Assembly: GCF_036971445.1 (NCBI RefSeq)
Contig: NC_091482.1
Coordinates: forward strand, 20,026,001-20,090,000
DNA length: 64,000 nt
DNA from: Narcine bancroftii
Taxonomy: Eukaryota
Direction: 5' to 3'
Positions 49,336-60,800 of this stretch are shown in pieces (within the stretch, counting starts at the first letter, position 1; every line of letters starts with the position of its first letter). Made by a program: the position numbers and the translations under genes. The notes below the pieces were generated by a model, which was given only the letters and a program-made list of their open reading frames with translations, ran no database searches and was not told the origin of the DNA.

Positions 49336-50011
49336 AGTTAATAATTTTATTGACATGCCTTGTCCTTGTGCAGGTTTATTACAAGCTTTTTGCAAGCAAA
49401 AATTCTCTCTAATGATGGAGGCAATCATAAACAGAAAAGTTAATTAGCCCTTAATTAGACTCAGATATAAAATTTGGACAAAATGGATATTACAGTGGAT
49501 GCAAGAGCATGATTAGAATTTGGAGTAAAACAGGAAAGTCTGCAGGCACTGATTTTTGTGCAATACACAAGTGCGAGAGAAATTCAGCAGGTCATGCAGT
49601 ATGGATAGGAAGTAAAGGGTCACTAAGATTTCAGGCTTGAGCCCCATCTGAATAAAAAGAGCTCATAGGTGGATAGATCGAAGAGAAAATACATTGAGAA
49701 GTGGCAGAGAGAGGAGGTACTCTTTTAATGTCATATTTAATGAACTTAAAATTATTAAGACTTCTAAATGCTCATTCAATGAAAGGCATTTTTTCAAGAA
49801 AGCAAAACCAGTGCAATATTGAGATTGATACAAGAAATTGTGCTTACCCAAAGTGCTGTATATTGCAGTACTACATTTATTTAAGACCACATTTTGTCAG
49901 CTTGTGTAATGTTGGATACTTTAAAAAAAAATTGTTATCATCCATTGTTCACAAATAAGTGGCATTAATTCAATATGGTTCATCAAAACAGAAACCTACA
50001 AATTGGTATTT

Positions 50012-50077
50012 ATTCTTCTTCTTTGGCTTGGCTTCGCGGACGAAGATTTATGGAGGGGGTAAATGTCCACGTCAGCT
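50012..50077 (-). mobile_element. RTE-clade LINE 3' tip
   Basis: ttcttcttctttggcttggcttcgcggacgaagatttatggagggggtaaa matches the 3' end of the 26737 element. Confidence 0.88.
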
Positions 50078-51819
50078 TGTTATGCAGGGAATCTGAGCTA
50101 GTTTTTCTTTAATCTTTATAACTGACTCTTGTGATGAGTATTGACTTATTAAGTATAGACATTAAAGAGAAAAGTTATTTTCTTGTGCTGCATCAATATT
50201 CGGAATAAGGTTTATTAAGAACGTTTCATGAAACTTGTTTTGCGGTAGCAGTATTGTACAGAACGAGGTAAAAAAATTTCTATAAATTACAATTTTGTAA
50301 ATGCAATGATTAAAGATAAATAACTAGTGTAAAAATGAGAAAGCGAGGTAGTATCCATAGGTTCATTGTCAGTTCAGAATATTCTTCGCTATTGTGTTTG
50401 CTCTTTCATAAAATCATCTAAGGTGTGCTGCTTAGTGACATTGTAAAATGTTAGTGATTTGTTTTTATATTACTGTCTTTGCAGACAGCTATCAAGTGAT
50501 GACTTGATATTTAATTATCATTTCTGCACTGCAGCGAGTGGAAGGCCTTTATTGAAACAGTGAGGTCTCTGCAGGAATGGAACTAATTCTGATACTAAAC
50601 CAGTTTAGTCTAATGGATTGGATTAATGAGGAAAATATTGATTTTGGTATGAAGATTAAACTTTTGAGCACTGAGCACCAAATTATGTAGTGACAAGATG
50701 GTTCTATATGCTTTTGTATTCCACCATCATTTCCCGACTGGAAAATAGATGGATAGAACACTAAACAACTTTACACTCCTTAAAATTTAAGGAACAATAT
50801 TCCCGTCATTGTCTGCAGTCTTAAATGTCAACAATAACTTTGTGTATTGGGATTTGCATCCTCCAATTTGTTGCCATTATCAATATTAGTGCCAGCTTAC
50901 AACACATAAGCTGTCTTTTAAAAAAATATTTTTCCCCCATAAATATACATATCAAAATTTTCAAGAAATCTAGATAATACACACACCCTATACATATAAA
51001 ACTTTTCCTTACATATATTTCCACCCACCCCCTTACAGTATAAATTCATACACCGTCAGGGCTTACAGTTGGGTTTTAAAAAAAGAATAAAGTCTTCATT
51101 AGGGCAGTCACTTATATTTTTATAATTGTAGGACTTTCTAATTATATTTGGGCTTCTGTATGCTTGAAAGATAAACATTTACTGCTCAGGAAGGTTCTTT
51201 GGAGTTTGCAGAGAGATTTGTTGTTCCAGGATTTCCACAACTGAGGTACCACCATTAGTCTCCTCAATGTCTTGCTGATGAAACTTGCCTCATCAAGGTT
51301 CTCAGAGTTCCTTTCTGTTCCTCTAATTCCAAGAGAAACATCAGACAGATAGCACTTCCAGCCATCCGCCACTCAGGAAAAGCTTGGAACTGAAACAGAA
51401 AGCTCCAGTTTGCTTCAGCTGTGATGTTCAGTCTCTCTCTTCATCAACTCCAACTGCTAGAAAGCCCATGTGACTCTCTCACTTGCCACAAAACCCCCAC
51501 CTTCTCCAGCAAACAATAGGAGTTAGTCTTCTGCTCCCATTTTAGGTAAACAAACCTCTCAATCACCTTTGAGTGAGTTATTTGCAGAAAGGTCAGAAGC
51601 CTTGTAAAAATGTTCCACACAGACGACCTGTCTCCAGTTCGTTCATTTCATGACATCATTTCAATTAGCAGCTACATGTGAAATGTGCATAGCATTCTCC
51701 ATAGTTTCTGTAAAGTTCACTAAATATGAATTCTTCAGTATTTCAAACAAGATCTGTTTTAAAATGTATGTATGTAACCTACTCTAATTTTACCAAATTC
51801 TCCCAATATTTATCTACAT

Positions 51820-52680
51820 TAAATACTTATTTCTTAATTGTTCAAAAGACACAAAATCCTTCCATATAGCAATCATTAACACATCTGTCATACCATGATT
51901 TCAATATTGTTTTAGCCTGATACATTCATTTATTTCTTGCCATATTCTAATCATGTGTATTAATATAGGATTGTCCTTTTTAAAAAAAAATATTGGCAAC
52001 ATTCCACTTATAAAGTCCATCATTGCCTCCTCTTTTATTGAATTTAGACCCATTTGAATCCACAAAGGGGGGTCTGTTTTCTTTAAAGAAAAATGATAGA
52101 AATCTTATTTGTGCTGATGACTCCTGATTTTAAGGTATTATCCAAGCTCTCCCATGTCAACTTCCAGTGCAATTCTTAGTACTGTAATAATTTAAAATCT
52201 TTAGTTAATACGCTAGGCAATGATTGAGAGTTACTGTAGTTTTGGTATTGCCTCCATTTTTATACAGTTTATTCTTCCTATTAATGTAATCAACAGATCT
52301 TTCCATTTCTGTAAATCTTGTCTAATAGAGGGGTATAATTAAGGTTATATAAATTCTGTCAACTATTGTCTTATTTCCTAAGTATTTAATTCCATCTTTG
52401 TTCCATTTAAATCTACCTCCTTTATGGTATCTTTCATAATCAAAAATTTGCAATGGCATTATCTCACTTTTGTCTATATTTATTTTGTATCTTGATATTC
52501 TTCCATATTTTTCTAATATTGTTTGTAATCTTATCAATGTTCATCTGGGTCACGCCTATATAATAGCATATCAGTAAATAAACTAATTTTATGTTCTTCC
52601 TGTCCAACTTTGAAGCCCTTAATATCTGGATCTCTTATAATCTCTGCCAGAGGTTCAAGAGCTCGTATGAATAATGGTGT
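51820..52680 (-). mobile_element. Degraded L1/Tx1-like ORF2 fragments
   Basis: YGRISRYKINIDKSEIMPL and GIKYLG remnants. Confidence 0.7.
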
Positions 52681-53859
52681 TTCTTATCTACTCAAGGGAA
52701 AAATATTTTTTTTAAAAATTGTATACTTTATTGTGGAAAAGTACAAATGGGAAACTGATAATATGCATATACATTTTGGTATTGTTTTTAAATAAAAGAT
52801 GTGAAGGTATTTTACTTATTTCTTCAACATCTGTTTTGTAGGGCACTGTTGAATTGTAACTTCTGCTAGCAGGAAATGTTAACTATGTGTTTTCCAATTT
52901 TGCACTTTATGGGAAGAATCTTACAAAAGCATGGTTTTTAATTGTATAATTGTATACTTGGTTTAACAAAAAGTTAAAAAAAATTTACCTTGAAGGGCTC
53001 AAGCCCAAAACAGTTATACATCTAAATAAAGATCACTGTGACCTGCTGAGTTTCTCCAATTCTTTCCTGTATTAAAAATATTTTTATCAATATGCATTAA
53101 AAGCATTTATAAATTATCCTATTGAGTTAAAAATTCTTCAGTTGGACTTGATTTTTAATCAAAATAGGATCAATGTTACTATTTAAACTTAAGCCTGTAA
53201 TAAAATGTACTGATGTATTATTTCACAATACTTTTGTCTTTGGTGACTTGACAGACTGATTTAATTTGGGGCTGTAATCAGCTTAGCTGTGAAAGTGGGA
53301 AACAACAGCTCAAATTTCTTGGCTTTTTTTTAAAAGTTGTCTGGCATTCTACAAATATCTCTGCTTGAACCTTTTTCTCATCGACATGCATCCCTTCAAT
53401 TATATTTTTGATTTACAATATTAACTTCATAAACAAGACCCAGCTTGTTTAAGTGCGTAAACCCCCCCCACCAAAACCTTTCAGTGAGATGTGTCTGAGC
53501 TGATGCAATGTCAACCGTTCCAACTTGCTTGGCCCAAGTTCTTGGTGCAATTTGCTGTCTGCATTTCCAATTTCACCAAAAGGCAGTTTCTTTTCCCTCA
53601 CTAAAACAGAACCTCACATTGAAATAGGAAAAGGATATCTTGTAGTGGTCTTTATTGAATATAATAAACAAAAGCAGTTTTTATTCATGTGCATTTATAA
53701 AAACAACAGGCTGCAGAAGACCAAGTTCAAAAGAAATACATCCATTTATTAGAAATAGTCCAAGTTGATTAAAAGGTATTAAGGGCATTAGGACCTAATA
53801 ATATATTCCACTGATTTTAAAATGGTCTTGTACTAACAGTAATCTAAACTAAAATAGTT

Positions 53860-54240
53860 CCCATGTAAATAACTTGCTTAAAAATAAAAGGGTGGGAGGC
53901 TGTAGAGGGAAAACTTCCAGAAGCCCATGCCAAAGATTATTAGAGCATAAAAAATATACTGAGGATTGGTTTGTTTGATAGAAAACAGTTTGTTTTAGGG
54001 TTGGGAGACTGGCTAAAAGGACATTGCATGAAGTGGTACTGGGACCACAGTTGTTCATCGTCTATATTGAGTAACTGGATGAAAGAATGGACTGTAATAG
54101 CCCCAAGATGGCTTCCAACTCAAAAACTTGAGTGATGGCATTGTCTAAGAATTATTTGGAAAGTTTTAGGAAGATGCCAGTAACTAAACAAGGGTTTGGC
54201 AGAAAGAATGTGAGGAAAAAAAATTACCCATGGAATGGGG
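53860..54240 (+). mobile_element. Degraded CR1-like RT fragment
   Basis: VLGPQLFIVYI..LDE remnant (QGSVLGP.LF motif region). Confidence 0.5.
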
Positions 54241-54509
54241 TGACTGAGATCAAAGATTAACCCAGTTCTGGTTTTGTTCCAAAGATTTGTAAAGACCAAG
54301 CCCTTTCAGCTAGTGGTCAGGATATTTTTGTAATTTACATACATTTTAAAAATATGCTTTCTATGTTATTACACACTAGGCACCAAATACAAATCTTAAA
54401 TTGAGGGGAAGTCAAGGAATTTTAAATGCTCTGCATGGAGGAGTAGATCTTAAAGCTCCAAATTAAGTTTGTTTTATGCATGATCACATTTTATACAGAA
54501 TGTAATGCA

Positions 54510-54515
54510 TTTATT
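54510..54515 (-). terminator. Candidate polyadenylation signal (AATAAA) for ZNHIT3
   Basis: TTTATT on + strand about 165 nt past the ZNHIT3 stop, in AT-rich non-repeat sequence. Confidence 0.5.
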
Positions 54516-54678
54516 AACCTCTTATATTTTACTCTAGTTATCATAAATTTTATCACAATTCCAATCAAACTTGAGAAAATTGTCCAGTCTTTAGCATTAC
54601 ACTACTTTTCGTTGTGCAATAAAGTTAAAACCAAGATCAGTTAATTACATTGCAAAATTATATTCAGGAGTCAAATTT

Positions 54679-54875
54679 CTACCAAGAGCCAATAATGTCA
54701 TTTTCTTTATCTTGTAATTCAACTGTTTGAAGACATTGGTCAGCAAATTCCACAAAAATTGGTTCTTGCATGGCTGATTTCATAATAGTTTCTTTATCTT
54801 CTGCTCTGTCTATTTTCAATAGTAACTGTCTAAGATGAGGATTACAAAGCAAGCTCTTCAATTCCTCAGATTCTG
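54679..54875 (-). CDS. ZNHIT3: ZNHIT3 last coding exon (AESEELKSLLCNPHLRQLL...DIIGSW*)
   Basis: ttttaacag acceptor; NPHLRQL and MQEP.FVEFAD motifs; stop at 54679-54681. Confidence 0.95.
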
Positions 54876-57800
54876 CTGTTAAAAAGCATACAGAACATTT
54901 ATTAGTTTATTAATACACAAGTTTCCGTGCCTAAAGTTTGCTGAACTCCAAATTTGCAGAAATGGTGGTTTGTTTTCAGCACGTGAGGGCACTTCACAAA
55001 ATCTGGTATCTGACAAGCTTTCACAGTTCGGAGTAGTACCATCCAATGATAAACATCCACAATTCAGCAAGGATTGCAGGGTTATTCCGAATTTGTGAAA
55101 ATATTCAGATGAAGGTGAAGCAGATGGAGCTTGCAAGTTCTCCCTGCCCTTGCATGGTACCCTTATTTCCACCTACATCCCAAAGATAGGGGATAGGTTG
55201 CTGACCTCTAGCATAAGAGTGGAAAGATCCAAAGGTGGGAATATGATGAGAAAATGGATTAGTGTAAATGGATGTTTGACATGGGTGAAAGAGCTTTCTT
55301 GCAATCAGTTACCTCTGGTGTTACCACCAGGCCACAGTGACCATTAGTTCACACATCAGTACAGAACAATTTTCCTTCAACTAGGGTGTATCTTCTCTCA
55401 CAGTACTAAAACAGTACATGAACTAACACAAAATTACGCACTAATCAACTTAAAACAATCTAAATTAGTTGGTTCCAATTGCAACTTGAAAAGCAATCCA
55501 GTTGTGATTTTTGGTATAAACCATTTTTGTCCACATACCCAATAATTTCAATTTCTCTAATGGCACCCAGTCAGAATCTTCATCTTTGCCCAAGATGTCA
55601 TCTGTGGACAAAAATATACCATTAACATTTAAAAGAACCACTTCAACGATCAGATAGTGATTAGAGGGCAGTTACTGCATATGGTAACATTCTGATTATC
55701 CAAAATGGTCAGGACCAGGCCCATGTCGGATAGATGTCTTTTTTGGAGAATGGGTCAATTTTTGTAAAAACAGCCCAGTAGCAACAGCAAATCACTTGTA
55801 ACCATATTTAAACGACAAGGTAAGGCTTTTTAAGCATTAAAATAATCAATTCTCACCAAAAAAAAAGCTGGCCACCGCCAATCACCAACACTTCCCCACC
55901 GAGCCCCACTCGTGCCAAGGTCACGCTCCTGCCTGGGAACTTGAGGTCCCCGCTATCGCCGAGGGCCCCGCGTCCTTGCCAGTTCGGCTCCGAAAAGATT
56001 TTGGATAAACGAGGATTTTGAAGAATTGGAGTTATACAGTAATTGATTAATGCATCTTTCTTGCTCTTCCACAAGATCCTATCAGTGAGGGATACATGTG
56101 GAATAGGATCACCTTGTTCTAATTGCAGATTCTTGCCTGAATCCAGAATCAAAGCTTTAACTCATTTTTTTCCCACCTTTTGAAAACATGGACAGGATCT
56201 AATTTTAGCCCCACTGCAGATCTCCGCAACTCTATTTATAGTTCCACCTAATCTTGTCCACAATATCACTTAGCAAAGGAACATTTATGCCCAAACAATA
56301 AAGAAAAATGAACAGAAATATGTGCACAAGGAGGAGTAAATGCACTTGAGCTCCAGAAGTTCCTCTTTATTGATCTGGGAAATGTGTAAAGCAGACATCC
56401 AACTTTTTTTTTTGGCTGTGGCCCCATGAGCAGGCATGTGAGTAAAGTAAAAAAAAAAGAGCTGAGCACTTGCACGAGGTGTACAGGGGGGGTCAAGGGG
56501 GCGTGCTGCCCCTCCCCCCCATTTGGAAAATTTATTGATAACGTACACACAAAATTACCCATTTCAAGCCATTAAAAACTAGTCATTTTAAACAAAATCA
56601 ATTTTATTTTTAGTGACACAGTATATCAGACAGACACTACCATCTGTACCCAGACTCCAAGCCTCTTCCAGATCACCAGGCACTATCTGCTTGAATCAGA
56701 GTGTCTGGTTCTCCTGACCCTCACGAAGTACTTGCCCACAACTAGCACCCAGCATGTCAAACAGTGCCCTTGCCCAACTTGCATCCAATCCCCAAGTAGT
56801 AACTACTATCCTGAACCCAGTCCCCAGGCAGTGCCCCTGCCCAACCTGCTCCCAGTCCCCAGGCAGTGCCCCTGCCCAACCTGCTCCCAGTCCCCAGGCA
56901 GCGCCCCTGCCCAACCTGCTCCCAGTCCCCAGGCAGTGCCCCTGCCCAACCTGCTCCCAGTCCCCAGGCAGTGCCCCTGCCCAACCTGCTCCCAGTCCCC
57001 AGGCAGCGCCCCTGCCCAACCTGCTCCCAGTCCCCAGGCAGCGCCCCTGCCCAACCTGCTCCCAGTCCCCAGGCAGCGCCCCTGCCCAACCTGCTCCCAG
57101 TCCCCAGGCAGCGCCCCTGCCCAACCTGCTCCCAGTCCCCAGGCAGCGCCCCTGCCCAACCTGCTCCCAGTCCCCAGGCAGCGCCCCTGCCCAACCTGCT
57201 CCCAGTCCCCAGGCAGCGCCCCTGCCCAACCTGCTCCCAGTCCCCAGGCAGCGCCCCTGCCCAACCTGCTCCCAGTCCCCAGGCAGCGCCCCTGCCCAAC
57301 CTGCTCCCAGTCCCCAGGCAGCGCCCCTGCCCAACCTGCTCCCAGTCCCCAGGCAGCGCCCCTGCCCAACCTGCTCCCAGTCCCCAGGCAGCGCCCCTGC
57401 CCAACCTGCTCCCAGTCCCCAGGCAGCGCCCCTGCCCAACCTGCTCCCAGTCCCCAGGCAGCGCCCCTGCCCAACCTGCTCCCAGTCCCCAGGCAGCGCC
57501 CCTGCCCAACCTGCTCCCAGTCCCCAGGCAGCGCCCCTGCCCAACCTGCTCCCAGTCCCCAGGCAGCGCCCCTGCCCAACCTGCTCCCAGTCCCCAGGCA
57601 GCGCCCCTGCCCAACCTGCTCCCAGTCCCCAGGCAGCGCCCCTGCCCAACCTGCTCCCAGTCCCCAGGCAGCGCCCCCACCCAACCTGCTCCCAATCCCC
57701 AGGCAGCACCCCTGCCCAACCTTCACCCAATCCCCAGACTGAGCCTGTGTTCAATCTGAACTCAATCTCCAGGCAGCACCACTGCCCAATCCCCTGGCAG

Positions 57801-60800
57801 TAACTTAATCGGATCTCTAAATAATGCCATCCCATCCTGCACCCAGCAACAGTGAATTCTGCAACCTTCACCCTCTCTTTCCCCAACCCTCTGGAAGGCA
57901 GGAGGCTCCTTCCACGGGACAGACATCACCTCCCTCGCCCACGGGCCCTCACTGGCCAGCTCTCCAGCGCCATGAAGCGAGCTCAGGATTTCCTCCTCAC
58001 AAACAATTGCAGCTTGAATTTCAGTTAAGGCGGACTCGAAATGCTGTGGTTATCTGAACGGAGCTGCTACTCCTGCCACCTTGAAGGCCAATATTGAGCG
58101 ACATCCATGTGTCGACTCACTGCACTCACTTGTCATGGCTCCGCGCAAGCGCGCCTGCACACGCACAGCCCACCTCTCTTGCAGTGCACCATTTGTGTGT
58201 CAGCCATCTAAACAATGATGAGGAAGGGAGCAGTGAGCAAGCATATGATTGGACAGCCAGTCACAGCTGTAGAGGCACTGTGCTTGTGAGCGAAGGGGTG
58301 AAAAAAGCAGAATATTAAAAATGCAGAAAATCAATTTTTAAAACGTAGAAATCCGTCGAAACTTCACATCCCCACCTTGGGGTCTGTTCAAAGTTTATAA
58401 GCCCCCTTTCCTGTGAAGCAGTCAAGTTTAGTTGATTTCTTCAGCAATTTTCGTACCAACTACATAAAACACACAGAAAAATGATTTCATTCTGTGGTTT
58501 GCCTTAAATGTGCTGTGACCCCTGTTAAGAATGGCTGAGGGGATAGGTTTCTATCCCAACATCACTCAGATAGCACCAGTCCTATACAAGTAGATTGCAT
58601 TTACCGCAACCAGAATTGCATTAGCTTGTCGTAACTAGTAGAATTTATAATAATGCACAATGCCTGTTGCATTCAAACCCACAATGACAGCTTTGTAGAC
58701 ATTTATCATGTTTACTGTGGTGACAAGATCTACCTTTGCTATTTTGCCATGTTACTGTCCCTACATCTGTAGAAATCTCCGAAACCGATGACACCGAACC
58801 AGACTCCTGTATTTTGCAATCACCTAAGTAAAACAAAGTGCAACATTTACTTCAGATAAAGGAGTTCAAGTAAATTGGCGCTGTGCAATCATCAACATTT
58901 TAAAACAAAACACAAAAGGGATCAACAAAAACAGATCTCACAGTATAACATTTTGAAAAATTATTCTTCTATTATAAGACTCGAGTCACAATTTTTCAGA
59001 ACCGTGAAAGCTGCTCAAATTCGTCTTTTAAATCAGGCCACGTATCACAAATTATAGAATTGATTTTTACTTGATCAGGACAAAGAATGCCTGCAGAATA
59101 CCAAGGATAAAAGTGTAGCTTTCTACTCATTCTTAACTAATCCAACACAAAACATTTTCTGCAAAATAAAAGGATGAATGAACATCTCCTCTATCAAGAA
59201 ATCAGGAAGGATGAACTTGTCTATTGTTGAGACTTTACAGGTTATATGTGCTTTAGAAGGTTGTAGATTTAAAGATAAACAGCAAATCAATTTGCAAAGT
59301 AGACTATATTAAGGAGTGAGAAGTCCATACCTTTGTGCTTCTTGTAACATCCTACTGAACAACTGAAAAGGAATAGAATTACAAATTAGGATAAAGAACA
59401 ATTTTGCTAATATTACACAACAGTTCATGCAATTTAGCCTCTGGTCCATTGGGACAGCAAGGATATAAAATTAGCTAATTTCTATAGGACAGAAATAAAA
59501 ATAGTTGTTGTCTTTTTGAGAATTTTTTCAGAACAGAACATACAGTTTTCTTGTTCCGCATCACTCTGATAAGTTAACATTTTGATACAAAGCATTTGAA
59601 ATTGAACATGTATTACACAGGTTCCAAACTGCAGGAAAGACTGCAACAGATCCCAGACAATGTTTAGGAGGATACTTTGCTGGATGCACCAGAGCATGGT
59701 ATAGGAGATGCTCTGCTCAGGATCAATGTTGCTCAGCACATAGCGATTCTTCCCTCCTCTCCATGGACTACAGCTCCCATTGTCTAGGAAAGGCAGCCAA
59801 CATACTGTCACATCCCAGACAAACACTTTCCCTTCTTCCATCAGGGAGAAGGCTTCAAGAGTTGAAAAGACCAACCAATATATCTACAAACCGGTTCATC
59901 AGGCTCCTGATTGAATTCCCAAACGGTGCTCCACAGCAGTGGCTCTCCACTCAGCCCTGGATCACCAGCCATATATATTCATCAGGCTGCTTTTCAGCGA
60001 TTACAGCTCAGCTTTCAACACCATCATACTCTTAGTACTGATTAGCATCAAAACCTGGGCCTCTGCACTTCCCTCTGCAAATGGATCCTTAACTTTGTCA
60101 TCTGAAGACCAGTCAGTGCAAATCAGTAGCAACGTCTTCTCCTCAATGACAATCAACTCAGCTGCACCTCAAAGATGCGTACTTAGCACTCTACACCAAT
60201 GACTGTGTAGATAGACACAATTCAATTGCCATCTACAAACTTGCCGATGATATCACAGTCGTATCAGAATCACAGGCAGCTATGAAAAAGCGTGCAGGAA
60301 TGAGATAGATCAGCTAGTTGAGCGGTGTCACAACCACCACCTTTCACTCAACGTTAGCAAAACTAAGGAGCTGATCGTGGACTTTAAGGAGAACAGACAC
60401 CAGTCATCATCGAGGGGTCAGAATTGGAAATGGTAAGGAACTTCAAATTCCTGGGTGTCATCTCTGAAGATCTATTCTGGGGCCTTCATACCAATGCAAG
60501 ACATTCCAGCAGCTACACGACAGTAAGAGTTTGAGGAGATTTGGTACGTTACCAAAGACCCTTGAAAATTTCTACAGGTGGAGCACATTCTGGTATGGTG
60601 GAGGTTCCAATGCACATGACAGAGAAAGGCTACGGAGAGTTGTGAACTTGGTCAGCGCCAGCAGGGGCATTAGCCTTCACATCAATCATGGAATCTACAA
60701 GAGACGTATCTCAAGAAGGCAGTTTCTATCAAGGACCCTCACCACCCAGGCCATGCCCTCTTCTCACTGCTCCCATCAGGAAGGAGGTACTGGAGCCTGA

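Noticed and set aside
50480-51817. Possible additional solo LTR on the - strand
   Set aside because: The right end looks LTR-like, but I could not define the left end or a TSD, so it is not called.
56085-56096. U12-type donor-like GTATCCCT on the - strand
   Set aside because: Imperfect match, not at any exon boundary; all reconstructed introns look like U2-type GT-AG.
56816-57725. CRISPR-like array (35-bp repeats)
   Set aside because: No unique spacers, no cas genes, vertebrate intron.
56696-57886. Six long ORFs (297-396 aa) in all frames
   Set aside because: Artefact of a stop-free 35-bp tandem repeat; the peptides are phase-shifted 35-aa repeats inside an intron.
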